A stretch of 64,000 nucleotides of DNA from Sumerlaeia bacterium (GCA_040219255.1 JAVJSW010000077.1:132750-196749), one strand, 5' to 3'; counted from the first letter of the stretch, positions 42,300-51,974 are shown. Translations and numbers: made by a program. The notes: a model not told the origin generated them from the sequence alone.

Positions 42300-42796
42300 T
42301 GGCCAACGCCGACGCCCTCGTTATTCGTCCCGCGGTGCCGGACGATGTGCCGATGATCCGCAAAATGATCCACGAGTTGGCCGTGTACGAGCGCGCCGCT
42401 GAGGAGGATCACGCGACGGAGGAAGCGCTGGCGCGGCATCTCTTCGGCCCCACGCCGCGCGCCGAGGTGCTGATCGCGGAGTACAACGGTCAGGTCGCGG
42501 CCTTCGCGCTCTTTTGTCACAACTTTTCGACCTGGGAAGCGGCGCCGGGGCTCTGGCTCGAAGACCTCTTCGTCCGCCCCGCCTATCGCCGCAGAGGCAT
42601 CGGCAAAGCGATTTTCCACCGGCTAGGCCAGATCGCCGTCGAACGCGGATGCGCGCGGTTCGAGTTCACGGTGCTGGACTGGAATAAGCCGGCGTTGGAT
42701 TTTTACGCCACGCTGGGGGCCGTGGGGCTGGTCGATTGGACGACGCACCGGATCACCGGCGAGGCGCTCGAGGCGTTGGCGCGCGGCGGAGAATAA
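42299..42796 (+). CDS. GNAT family N-acetyltransferase (SSAT/diamine acetyltransferase-like)
   Basis: IHELAVYER, NFSTW, LWLEDLFVRPAYRRRGIGK and VLDWNKPALDFY. TGATG coupling to mqnD. Confidence 0.93.
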   Translation: MANADALVIRPAVPDDVPMIRKMIHELAVYERAAEEDHATEEALARHLFGPTPRAEVLIAEYNGQVAAFALFCHNFSTWEAAPGLWLEDLFVRPAYRRRGIGKAIFHRLGQIAVERGCARFEFTVLDWNKPALDFYATLGAVGLVDWTTHRITGEALEALARGGE

Positions 42797-42999
42797 CCAC
42801 AGAGTGCACAGAGGACAGAGGATTCACAGAGGGGGGATTGCCACGGATCGATACGGGCAAGACTCACTTAATTTAATAGGAATCGAGCTTCGGACTTTTG
42901 TGAAATTCAGTCTTTTTATCCGACTCCCTATCCGTGCCCATCCGTGGCCGTTGAATCCTCCCTCTGTGCCATCTCCATCCTCTGTGCCCTCGGTGGTAA
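42794..42999. repeat. long imperfect inverted-repeat element with 9-nt periodic CACAGAG units and nested CACGGAT units
   Basis: Left arm TAACCACAGAGTGCACAGAGGACAGAGGATTCACAGAGGGGGGATTGCCACGGATC versus right-arm reverse complement TTACCACCGAGGGCACAGAGGATGGAGATGGCACAGAGGGAGGATTCAACGGCCACGGATG; AT-rich loop. Confidence 0.85.
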
Positions 43000-43011
43000 G
43001 GTGACCCGCCC

Positions 43012-43506
43012 ATGACTAAAGTCATCATCAATACCGATGGCGGATCGCAGCCGAACCCGGGCGTGGGGGCCTGGGCGGCGGTGCTGCGCTATGGCGAGCA
43101 CACGAAGGAACTCTCCGGCGGCGAACTCTACACCACCAACAACCGCATGGAGCTGATGGCGGCGATCGAGGCGCTCTCCACACTGAAGCGCCGCAGCGAG
43201 GTGGAACTGCACACGGACAGCCAGTATGTGAAGAACGGCATCACGACCTGGATCGCTGGGTGGAAGCGCAACAACTGGAAGCGCATGGAGCGCGGCAAAC
43301 CCAAGCCGGTGAAGAACGAAGACCTGTGGCGGCGGCTGGATGAATTATGCACCAAGCACGACGTCGATTGGGCTTGGGTACGCGGCCATGCGGGGCACAC
43401 AGACAACGAGCGCTGCGACGAACTCTGCAACGAAGTGATCGGACGCCTGACGGCCAACTCGACCAAAGCGGAGCGCCAGGCGGCGAAGGACGCGGCGGAT
43501 TTTTAG
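43012..43506 (+). CDS. rnhA: ribonuclease HI
   Basis: [31 protein letters not shown] and [15 protein letters not shown]. Confidence 0.97.
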   Translation: MTKVIINTDGGSQPNPGVGAWAAVLRYGEHTKELSGGELYTTNNRMELMAAIEALSTLKRRSEVELHTDSQYVKNGITTWIAGWKRNNWKRMERGKPKPVKNEDLWRRLDELCTKHDVDWAWVRGHAGHTDNERCDELCNEVIGRLTANSTKAERQAAKDAADF

Positions 43507-43517
43507 TTTTATTTTTT

Positions 43518-43700
43518 AGCCACAGATGAACACGGATAGGCACAGATGGTTGGAGATGGGTGTTAGGCGAGAGAGAATTGCCGTCCTTCTCCATCAGGGA
43601 TATGTTCTTTTGATAATTTAAATCTTCGTCTCTCCTCCAGTTACCGTCTTCCCCCGCCAAGGCCCTCATCATCAGCGCCTATCCGCGTTCATCCGTGGCT
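43518..43700. repeat. inverted-repeat element with 10-nt periodic CAC(A/G)GAT units
   Basis: AGCCACAGATGAACACGGATAGGCACAGATG versus right-arm reverse complement AGCCACGGATGAACGCGGATAGGCGCTGATG; AT-rich loop of about 115 nt. Confidence 0.85.
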
Positions 43701-43890
43701 TATCAATTTTCCGTAAATCTCCCCCCTCCGAGCCTCCGTGTCCATCCCACACCACCGCCCTTCTCCCTTGCGCGGAGGACCCCGTGTGCGCTTTGATTTC
43801 CGCCCCGCTGGAGCGCTCCGCCGGCCTCACAAGGCCATGCGCTTGCGCGCGGCGGGCTGACAATTCCTATCCGTGAAGGTTCTCTCAGCC

Positions 43891-44943
43891 ATGAGCTACA
43901 CCGTTGCCATCCTTGGCGCTTCCGGCGCCGTGGGTCAAGAAATGCGCCGAATCCTCGAGCAGCGCCAGTTCCCCGTGAAGGAGCTGCGCCTGCTGGCTTC
44001 TCCCCGCTCCGCCGGGCGAACGTTCCCGTTCCGGGGCCAGCTCTTGACGGTGCAGGCGGTGACGCCGGAGCTGTTCGATGGGGTCGATCTGGCGCTCTTC
44101 AGCGCGGGGGGCTCGATCTCTCAGGAGTGGGCCCCGGTGGCGGCCCAGCGCGGCGCCATCGTGGTGGATAACACCAGCGCTTTCCGCATGGACGCGGACA
44201 TTCCGTTGGTCGTGCCGGAAGTCAACCCAGGCGCCATGACGCCGTTGCCGGACCGGCGGATCATCGCCAACCCGAACTGCTCGACGATTCAGATGGTGCA
44301 GGTTCTCAAGCCGCTGCACGAAGCCTTCGGCGGCCTCAAGCGCGTCATCGTCTCCACCTACCAGAGTGTCTCCGGCAAGGGCACGGAGGCTATGGAGGAA
44401 CTGCGCGAGCAAAGCGCGGCGCTGCTCAATGGCATCACCGAATTCGCCCCGCGCGAATTCCCGCACCAGATCGCTTTCAACTGCCTGCCGCACATCGACG
44501 TGTTCACCGAAAACGGCTACACGAAGGAAGAGCTGAAGATGGTGAACGAGACGCGGAAGATCATGGGCCTGCCGGATGTGCGGGTGACGGCCACCTGTGT
44601 CCGCGTGCCGGTCATGCGCGCCCACAGCGAGTCGGTGAACTGCGAATTCGGCGGCCCGGTGGACGTAGCGAAAGCCCGCGAGGTCCTCTCCAGGCAGCAC
44701 AACGTGGTCGTCGTGGACGATCCGGAAAACAACCACTACCCGTTGGCGATTTACGCCGAGGGCCGCGACGAAACCTACGTTGGCCGCATTCGCAAGGACA
44801 TCTCGAACCCGGACGGCACGGGTCTGGACCTGTGGATTGTGAGCGACAACCTGCGCAAGGGCGCGGCGCTGAACGCGGTGCAGATTGGCGAGTTGCTGGC
44901 CACGAGCGGCCAACTCTCGGGCAACGCGATGGCGGGCGTGTAA
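43891..44943 (+). CDS. asd: aspartate-semialdehyde dehydrogenase
   Basis: LGASGAVG, DNTSAFRM, LVVPEVN, IANPNCSTIQ, STYQSVSG and DNLRKGAALNAVQI. Confidence 0.98.
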   Translation: MSYTVAILGASGAVGQEMRRILEQRQFPVKELRLLASPRSAGRTFPFRGQLLTVQAVTPELFDGVDLALFSAGGSISQEWAPVAAQRGAIVVDNTSAFRMDADIPLVVPEVNPGAMTPLPDRRIIANPNCSTIQMVQVLKPLHEAFGGLKRVIVSTYQSVSGKGTEAMEELREQSAALLNGITEFAPREFPHQIAFNCLPHIDVFTENGYTKEELKMVNETRKIMGLPDVRVTATCVRVPVMRAHSESVNCEFGGPVDVAKAREVLSRQHNVVVVDDPENNHYPLAIYAEGRDETYVGRIRKDISNPDGTGLDLWIVSDNLRKGAALNAVQIGELLATSGQLSGNAMAGV

Positions 44944-44947
44944 TCGG

Positions 44948-44973
44948 GTAACATGGGCGTCCCGCCCATGACC
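44948..44973 (+). repeat. single REP-like palindrome
   Basis: GTAACATGGGCGTCCCGCCCATGACC is the exact 26-nt reverse complement of 17411-17436 and sits 4 nt after the asd stop. Confidence 0.85.
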
Positions 44974-44992
44974 TGCGGCGATTTCTGAAAAG

Positions 44993-45034
44993 AGCCAGCT
45001 CTGGGCGTCAGGCGCTGAGAGTTGGCTTTTTTTT
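44993..45034 (+). terminator. intrinsic terminator after asd (possibly bidirectional)
   Basis: AGCCAGCTCT...AGAGTTGGCT stem followed by a T-run; AAAAG lies upstream. Confidence 0.75.
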
Positions 45035-45105
45035 GGTGACCGGCGAGTGAGAAAGGTCGCGGGGCCGCTTGCTGGAGAGCCTGCGCGACATGGAATTGAT
45101 TGGGC

Positions 45106-46662
45106 TCAGTACCGGTCGCTGGATTGGCCTTCGAGTTTGTAGAACTGTCCCGTTTCGAGGCGCAGGCGGGCGCGGACGGCGTCCTTGCGCGAGTAGTATT
45201 GCACGTCTTCGACCACTACGACCCACCATTGATTGTTGCCGTACACGGTGTCGCGGCGTTTTTCCTGGATCGTGAGGGCGGAGGGCGGGGTGCGGCTTCC
45301 CAAGGGGGTCACGAGCACCTGGGCCGAGTCGTCGTCGACACGGGTGGGATCGTTGTCTTTGGCTCCGAGGAACTGGATACGGGCGCCGTGGAAGGCGAGG
45401 GTTTCGCCGAGCACGAAGTCGCGGGTGAGAACCTTGGGCAGATCCGCCCCGGCGATATCCTGGGCGGCCTGCTCCTTGGCGGCGCGCCTGGCTTCGCCCT
45501 GGGTGAGCGCGTCGACCGGGAAGCGCGCGTCGTCGTAGGCGTAGAGGCGGACGATGGCGCCGACCTGCGGGTCGTAATCTTCCATCAGAGCCGCCACGGG
45601 GCCCCAACGGACGGCCTCGCCGAGGCTGAGGACCAGGTCTTTGCCGCCTTCCTCGCGGATGAAGCCGAGGACGGCGCGGCGTTCGTCGAGGGGATCGATG
45701 TAAATGTCGGTGTCGAAGGCCGTTCCGGCTCCGGCGATGGGGATTTCCAGGAGGGCTTCGTCGGAGGGCGCGTCCTTATCGGGAAAGGGCAGCGGTTCCT
45801 TGGAAACCGTCAGCGACGCTACGCCGGAGGCCCCGCGGTCGCCGCTGGGAAAGACATCGCCCGCCGCGACGTACAACGTTCCCGGGACGAGATCGCCGAG
45901 CGGGTAGGCGTGGAACTCGGTCAGGGAAAAACGGCGCGGTTCGTAGGTGGGGAGTTGCGCGTAAATCTGGACGCGATCATCATCGTTGCGCATGACTTCG
46001 TTGGACTTGATGGCTTCGACGGCGAGGAACCCGCCGCCGGGCAGGAAAACGAGGTCGTCTTCATAGGCGTCGAACTGCATCGGCAGGGGTGCCTGGCGTT
46101 TGGCTTCGGTCATTTGGCTGAGGCGCCACAGGGACAGGAGCAGTGCGGAGTCGCTCTGGCTCGAACCGGTTTCGGTGAAGCGCAGCAGGTAATCGCCTTC
46201 GGTGACGAATTCGCCGACGGCGACCATGCGTTCCTTGCGGGGGCCGATGCCCTCCAAGGTGTAAATGACGCGAGTGGCATCGGCGAAGGCGTCGGCATCG
46301 GACAAGCCGGAGCGGCGGGTGGGCGGAGGCACGGCGGGAAGGGTGGCGCTGGTGAGGTCCTGGAGGCCGCCGAGGCTGGCGACTTCGACCGCGTTTTCGG
46401 CGGCGTCTTGCAGCTTGAACTCGAAGGGTTCGACGAGGCGGTCGATGCGAATGGCGGCCTGCTGGAAGACGATTCGTTCGCCGGGCGCGACGGTGGTGGC
46501 GGCGCTGGGCAGGGCGGGGAGGACCTCGGCGCCGGCGAAGCGGTTCCGAGTCGTGCCTTGACAGCCGCAAATGGCGGCGACTAGGCAGGTCAGCGCACCG
46601 AAGGCGGCGAGCCGCCGCCACACCCGGCCGCGCGTTTTTCCAAGCACCACGTCATTTCCCAT
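45106..46662 (-). CDS. hypothetical lipoprotein
   Basis: Arg-rich n-region, hydrophobic core and lipobox AAICGC; 518-aa ORF with host-like codon usage. Confidence 0.7.
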   Translation of the reverse strand: MGNDVVLGKTRGRVWRRLAAFGALTCLVAAICGCQGTTRNRFAGAEVLPALPSAATTVAPGERIVFQQAAIRIDRLVEPFEFKLQDAAENAVEVASLGGLQDLTSATLPAVPPPTRRSGLSDADAFADATRVIYTLEGIGPRKERMVAVGEFVTEGDYLLRFTETGSSQSDSALLLSLWRLSQMTEAKRQAPLPMQFDAYEDDLVFLPGGGFLAVEAIKSNEVMRNDDDRVQIYAQLPTYEPRRFSLTEFHAYPLGDLVPGTLYVAAGDVFPSGDRGASGVASLTVSKEPLPFPDKDAPSDEALLEIPIAGAGTAFDTDIYIDPLDERRAVLGFIREEGGKDLVLSLGEAVRWGPVAALMEDYDPQVGAIVRLYAYDDARFPVDALTQGEARRAAKEQAAQDIAGADLPKVLTRDFVLGETLAFHGARIQFLGAKDNDPTRVDDDSAQVLVTPLGSRTPPSALTIQEKRRDTVYGNNQWWVVVVEDVQYYSRKDAVRARLRLETGQFYKLEGQSSDRY

Positions 46663-46678
46663 CGGAACCGTTCTCCTT

Positions 46679-47515
46679 ATGCGTCCTCTTCACGCCCGCA
46701 CGCGGGACGATTACATCCGGCTGATCGAGGAGAAAATGGTTTCTCCCGCCGATGGTTCAGCGTCTGGCGAAGGGCCCGCTGGCGTCGAGGAAGAACCGCA
46801 AGGGGGCCTGGAACTTTCCCGGCTGTTGCGGTCGGCCATCGAGGATTACCGCGCGGACGAGGACTTCTGCGCCTGGGTGGCGAGCGTCGCCTACGGCATG
46901 GAAATCCCCGAAGCGCCGGAGATTCTCAACGTTTTCCTCAAAGAGCACCCGCTCTCGATCCGGCCCGTTCAGGTGGATTGGGCGGAGTTGCTTCTGCGCG
47001 AAGGCCGCATCGATCACGGCGCCAACGAAGCCCGCGCCTACCTGCACCGGCTCAATGAGTTCGGCCTGGCGGAGCACATGGAGCTGGGCGCTCTGATCGC
47101 CGATGGCGTCCTGCGCGCGTTCTTGATGCTGTCGGCTTTGTACACGGAAACGGGGGCGCGGAGCTACAGTCTGCGGCTGCTGGATTTTGCCTTTTCGATG
47201 CCGCGCGATGCCATGGACCCGCCCCGCGCCGCGGAGTGGCAGGCGCGGCTGGAGGGGGAATTGGGGACGCTTCGCCGCGAACTGGCGGACGAACGGCTGC
47301 GGGCGGTGGACAGAGTGTGGGAGGAGTTTTTCCGGGGCGGCGTCGGCACGGCGGAGTTGGTTTGGCACTGCGGCCAGATGTATTGCCCGATCCTGGCCAA
47401 GCGCGTGGAAGTCCTGGCGGAGCAATTCCGCGACGAACCGGATTTCACCGTGGGCGACGAGGAGATCTTTCAGATGGTTTACCAGTCGGAGGCGGGGGCG
47501 TTTCTCTTGGTTTGA
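46679..47515 (+). CDS. hypothetical alpha-helical protein (start may be 46736)
   Basis: Open frame with host codon bias and helical/TPR-like pattern; no recognised motif. Confidence 0.65.
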   Translation: MRPLHARTRDDYIRLIEEKMVSPADGSASGEGPAGVEEEPQGGLELSRLLRSAIEDYRADEDFCAWVASVAYGMEIPEAPEILNVFLKEHPLSIRPVQVDWAELLLREGRIDHGANEARAYLHRLNEFGLAEHMELGALIADGVLRAFLMLSALYTETGARSYSLRLLDFAFSMPRDAMDPPRAAEWQARLEGELGTLRRELADERLRAVDRVWEEFFRGGVGTAELVWHCGQMYCPILAKRVEVLAEQFRDEPDFTVGDEEIFQMVYQSEAGAFLLV

Positions 47516-47614
47516 CCGAGGGGAGCGGGCCGAAGAAATTGGGCACGGAAACGAGAAATTGGCGAGGGTCTCGGAAGGTGCGCTGCCCGGACCTGCGGAT
47601 CGACTGTCTGGAAA

Positions 47615-48709
47615 TCACTCCATCACGCCCGGCGGGCAACTGATGTAACGCCGGATTTCATCGCTCTTGAACCCGATGGCCATGGGGCGGATGGCTCCCG
47701 GGATGACGCAGACATCATACAATTCTTTCACGATTCCCTCCATCCGCAGCCAGTGGGGGGCGTCGCCGGTTGCCAGATCCACGACCATCAGGCCGCAGCG
47801 CGTTTCCGCGTCCTTGTCCTTGAGGTTGTCTTCGAGGGGCAAGTCCTGGAAGGTGCGGTTTTCGCGGCGGTCGCTGAGGCCGATGATGGCGTAGCCGTTG
47901 TGGAACGCCATGCCCCGGGCGTAACCGGGACAGAAGGCGATGGGTTCGAACGCTTTCTTCTCCAGGTCCACGGACCCGAACCATCCGGTGCCGCTGTTGA
48001 GAACGTAGAGGGTGCCATTGTGCCAGCGTGGCGAGTGGGGCATGGAGAGGCCCTCGCAGACCGCTTCGCCCGCTTCGATGTCGAAGACGATGCCGCTGCT
48101 GGCGCGCCGGTCGCGCCAGCCGTCGGCGACATCGCTGCGGCTGACGGCGGTGACGTAGCGCGGTTTGCCATCGCGCAGGGCCATGCCGTTGAGGTGGCAG
48201 CGGTCCTCGGCGGCGAGTTTGCTGATCCATGGCGGTTTCCAGATGGGGCGGAAGCTGTGATCGTCGTCGATGGTCGCCAGACAATTGAAGAGCGTATTGA
48301 CAAAGACAATGGTGCCATCGGCGGTCACGGCCATGTCGTGAACGTCGATATCGCCGGTGACGCGGCTTTCGCGAGGAACATAGACGCGATCATAGCCGTT
48401 GAACGATTGGCTCGGCAAGAGGGCGTCGCGAAAGCGCCACAGTTGGTAGAGGGTGGAAAGATAGATTTCCGATTGTGAGACCGTCATGCCCATGACGCGT
48501 TCCAGGGTTCGTTCGAAGATCGACAGGCTTGGCTGGGGGTTCTGGGGCGTGGGCGGTTTCAGGCCGATGAAGAACACTTTCCCGGTTTGATAGGTGGTGA
48601 AGGCGAGGCTCGCCTGCTGACTCGCCAGCCAACCGATGAAGTTGCGCGAGGTGAAGACTTCGAGGCGCGGAGGTTGCTGCGGGGTGGCGGGTGCTTGCTG
48701 GTCGGTCAA
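47615..48709 (-). CDS. TIGR03032 / DUF4915 family beta-propeller protein
   Basis: SLAFTTYQTGK, FERTLERVMG, VTGDIDVHD, FVNTLFNCL, EDRCHLNG, GLSMPHSPRW and FCPGYARG. TTG start inferred. Confidence 0.9.
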   Translation of the reverse strand: MTDQQAPATPQQPPRLEVFTSRNFIGWLASQQASLAFTTYQTGKVFFIGLKPPTPQNPQPSLSIFERTLERVMGMTVSQSEIYLSTLYQLWRFRDALLPSQSFNGYDRVYVPRESRVTGDIDVHDMAVTADGTIVFVNTLFNCLATIDDDHSFRPIWKPPWISKLAAEDRCHLNGMALRDGKPRYVTAVSRSDVADGWRDRRASSGIVFDIEAGEAVCEGLSMPHSPRWHNGTLYVLNSGTGWFGSVDLEKKAFEPIAFCPGYARGMAFHNGYAIIGLSDRRENRTFQDLPLEDNLKDKDAETRCGLMVVDLATGDAPHWLRMEGIVKELYDVCVIPGAIRPMAIGFKSDEIRRYISCPPGVME

Positions 48710-48865
48710 GGCTCGGGCTCGCTTCACTGAATTGGAGTTTAATTTGCATCTACGGCCGCCGATGGGGACGCAACCGGCAACTCGGGTCGGCATTGGCGTT
48801 GCGGCCCGGCGGGCGCGGCGTGCAGGCAAGGGGCGCAACGCCACCCAAGGACCCACCGCTCCGCC

Positions 48866-50149
48866 GTGCCCAAGCCGCCAAAGACTTTCTCCGAACACTT
48901 GACCGCCGCGCGTGAGGCGCTGGAAAAAGGCGACTTGCAGGGGGCCTTTCAAATCCGCTTCGCCCTGGCGTGGCCGGGGCCGGCGGGAGACGGGGACTGG
49001 CGCGCGGGGATGCTGCTGCTGTCCGAGTTGGCCGGGCGCCAGGGCGAGTCCGAATTCGCCGAGGTGATCGCCGCCGCCGCCCGCGACGCGAATACGCCGG
49101 ACGCCTTGGTGGAGGCGGCGTATCAGTTGACGGAGCGCGGTCTGCCGCAGATCGGGGCCAGCGCCTATCGGCGGGCCCACGCGCTGCTGCCCGATCACGA
49201 GGGGCTGCTGGCGGAATACGCCTACGCGCTGGGGGCCGCGGTCCGGCATCAGGACGCCTACGGGGTGCTGCGCGAGGCCCGGGCCGCCCGCGAGAAGAGC
49301 CGCTTCCTGGAGGCCCTGATGGGCCATTACGCGCTGCTGTGCGGCGACCTGGCGCTGTGCCGGGCGATGCCGCTGGGCGAGATGGTGCGGGACCCGCGCG
49401 AGGAAACGCGCGTCACGGCCTCCAAGCTGGTCGATGGATTGCTGCGCGCGGATTCGCTGCTGGATCGGGGTCAAGCGCTGGATTCGCGGGACTTGCGCGG
49501 GTGGCATTACGCGCTGACGGGTGGGATTTTGACGCATCTGTCGCCCTTTGGGTTCGATGAGGGGATGAACGGCCGCTATGCGTTTATCCAGGATTCGCCG
49601 GGCCGGTGCCGCGCGAGCATGGACCTGATGGTGGCGGTGCTGGAGGCTCTCTGTCAGAAACCGGAGCGCGTGTTCCACCTGCCGGGCGTACACAACGAAG
49701 CCCTGGCGCGGGCCGCCGCCGGGCGCCTGGGACTGCCGCTCGAACCCTGGCCCGCGCAGGGGCGCGCCGAGCCGGGCCTGATCGCGGTTTACGATCTCGA
49801 CACGGTGCCGCTCGATTGTCTCGATGGGCTGGTGATTCACCGCCCGGGCCAGATTCTGTGGAGCCACGCCGCCTCCTGGACCACCGAACCGCCCTTCGCC
49901 GCCGATATCACGACGTTCCTCTATCAGACGCTGCGGCCCATCGCCGGAGGCGATGCGGTGGCCATGACGCGCGAGATCCTGGCCGCCGAAGCGATGGAGG
50001 AAACCGCCGCCGACCGCGGCGCGGCCGTGGCCTTTGCGGGTCGGGTGGCCGATCTCTCGGGCGAATGGGGCACGGCGGCGTTGCGGGGCAAAGGCATCCG
50101 CCGCGCCCAACCGGTGGGCAGCCCGGTTCCCAGCAGCTACTTCGCGTAG
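48866..50149 (+). CDS. hypothetical TPR-containing protein with a C-terminal alpha/beta domain
   Basis: TPR-like helices (ASAYRRAHALLPDHEGLL) and DLRGWHYALTGGILTHLSPFGFDEGMNGRYA block. Confidence 0.7.
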   Translation: MPKPPKTFSEHLTAAREALEKGDLQGAFQIRFALAWPGPAGDGDWRAGMLLLSELAGRQGESEFAEVIAAAARDANTPDALVEAAYQLTERGLPQIGASAYRRAHALLPDHEGLLAEYAYALGAAVRHQDAYGVLREARAAREKSRFLEALMGHYALLCGDLALCRAMPLGEMVRDPREETRVTASKLVDGLLRADSLLDRGQALDSRDLRGWHYALTGGILTHLSPFGFDEGMNGRYAFIQDSPGRCRASMDLMVAVLEALCQKPERVFHLPGVHNEALARAAAGRLGLPLEPWPAQGRAEPGLIAVYDLDTVPLDCLDGLVIHRPGQILWSHAASWTTEPPFAADITTFLYQTLRPIAGGDAVAMTREILAAEAMEETAADRGAAVAFAGRVADLSGEWGTAALRGKGIRRAQPVGSPVPSSYFA

Positions 50150-50313
50150 GGGGCACGCGGGCGAAGTGGAACTGGGTGGGGTGATCGCTGGGAAAGTCAT
50201 GGCTCGCCGCTTTCTGCACGGGCGCCTTGGCGCGCCGTGCGGTGAATTGGGGGCGAGTGTAGGGCAGACGGGTTGGCCTGGCGCGTGGCAAACTGCGGTT
50301 AAACTTCTGGGTT

Positions 50314-51375
50314 TTAACGGCGTGGGGGCGGTGTGGCCTGTCTCATGGCCCGGACAATGTCGGCGGCGTCGCGGATTGTGTCGTCGTTTTGTTCGATGTA
50401 CGGTTCGATTTCCGATGTGGGAATGCAGCCGCAGGTCACCACGTCGGCGATGGATTTGCGGATCAGGCCGAGGCTGGGCGCGTCGGGGAAGTTGAATTTT
50501 GAAAGTTCGGTCGGTCCGGGGCCGGGGGGCTCGGTGCCGTCGTAGTTGGGGGTGACGAGGCCGTAATACTTGTAACTATAGAGCGGCTGCACATCCATAT
50601 GAATGGTCTCTGTGGTATAGCCATCCAACTTAAAGTGTAGATTCATGGGTCCTACCGGAGCGTCCGCGTCGAAGTGCACAAAGGACGGTCGTGGCGTTGG
50701 ATCTGGAAAAGGCCCCCAACGGAGATAATATTCGGCAAAAGGGCCGTCTGTCGTCGCGGAAGGATAAATATGAACATCCTGGACTTTTTGAAACAGATCG
50801 TTTCCATTCAAGTATTCCGCTGTGACCGTTACAGATCGCTCTGACAAGCCAGGAATCCAAGTGATTCCGCTCTGAAGAGATGGCTGGGTTCTTGACTCCG
50901 TAACACTCATCACAAGTTCAATAAACAGGTAATCCTCGACACCAGGAATGACGTTTTCACTTTCATCCTCCCCAAACGGATTCAGCGACACCTCGCTTGC
51001 TTTCACAGGAACGAACCATTCCAAATGTGACCCGTTTGCATAGCTCTCCGCCCCCAGATACCCAGTAATGCAATCTCCGTTTGCAGCAATCTGAGGAACA
51101 ATCGCCTTAAAGGAAAGTGGCGTGCCAGCTACAACTGGAAGTTCCTCTACGAAACTAAGAAAAGGGTCGAAGAAAGCAGGGCCTTCTCCTTGTACGAAAA
51201 CAAATATCATGTCCGATGGAAGAGTCGTGACGCGGTGTTGCAATCCCACGCGACCTTCGACATCATAGAATGGTCCCACTAAAAAATCCGTCTCATTGAA
51301 CGAGTCGCCTCGAACGAATTCGCCAAGTCCACAAAACATAAGGGCTAACCCAAGCAAAGAGGGAATGGTTCGCAT
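50314..51375 (-). CDS. secreted hypothetical protein with a low-GC body and a high-GC C-terminal half-dockerin-like tag
   Basis: Signal peptide MRTIPSLLGLALMFCGLG; C-terminal SIADVVTCG...EQNDDTIRDAADIVR; GGAGG RBS. Confidence 0.75.
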   Translation of the reverse strand: MRTIPSLLGLALMFCGLGEFVRGDSFNETDFLVGPFYDVEGRVGLQHRVTTLPSDMIFVFVQGEGPAFFDPFLSFVEELPVVAGTPLSFKAIVPQIAANGDCITGYLGAESYANGSHLEWFVPVKASEVSLNPFGEDESENVIPGVEDYLFIELVMSVTESRTQPSLQSGITWIPGLSERSVTVTAEYLNGNDLFQKVQDVHIYPSATTDGPFAEYYLRWGPFPDPTPRPSFVHFDADAPVGPMNLHFKLDGYTTETIHMDVQPLYSYKYYGLVTPNYDGTEPPGPGPTELSKFNFPDAPSLGLIRKSIADVVTCGCIPTSEIEPYIEQNDDTIRDAADIVRAMRQATPPPRR

Positions 51376-51376
51376 T

Positions 51377-51631
51377 TTATCCTCCCACTGCCAAGGCAGA
51401 CATCGCGTGGTTGCCGGAAACCGGATCGATCACCAGAAACTCAAGCGTCGAGCCGGAAGAGACGCCGTTGGTCGCGGCCGCCAGACCCGCCGTCGGCACA
51501 TTGAAATTGTACGTTCCCGAACCCTGGTACCCCAAGTTTCCGACCCGCTTCCAAGCGGTGCATTGGTCGGACGAGTTCTTGCCCGGCGCGCCATCGGGCG
51601 GGCAGACCGGTTTGTTGGAAAATGAGCCCAC
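51377..51631 (-). CDS. small ORF or C-terminal gene remnant, translationally coupled to 50314..51375
   Basis: GGGGAGG RBS 6 nt before GTG, beta-rich sequence, and TAA-A-ATG junction with the next gene. Confidence 0.5.
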   Translation of the reverse strand: MGSFSNKPVCPPDGAPGKNSSDQCTAWKRVGNLGYQGSGTYNFNVPTAGLAAATNGVSSGSTLEFLVIDPVSGNHAMSALAVGG

Positions 51632-51974
51632 GGCATTCCTCCCCTCAGGATGGGAAAGACTCTCACGGGGTGCGGCGAGGGGCTATCGGTTTCATGCCGG
51701 GGCGAGCGGCGGCGGAGCGGGGAAGTGTACGCTTTTCCGCGTGAGGAATGTTGCACCGTGCGGTTTTTCTTACGGTTGCGGCGGGGGCGCCAAGAAACGT
51801 GCCAGGAGGCTGTCACAATAATTCACAACTGAAGTTGCATGTTTTCAGCACTCTGCGCAATGATGCGGGGGATCAAGCGCTTCAGGGCACGGCGCATGCC
51901 CTAGGAAGAGGTCAGACGGCGCGGCTTCTCTTCCCCGAGAACCCGCCAGCCACCCTCCGAAAGGCCTCCCCACC

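Noticed and set aside
42794-43700. Periodic repeats considered as a CRISPR array
   Set aside because: Units are 9-10 nt, arranged as inverted arms with no unique spacers, and there are no cas genes.
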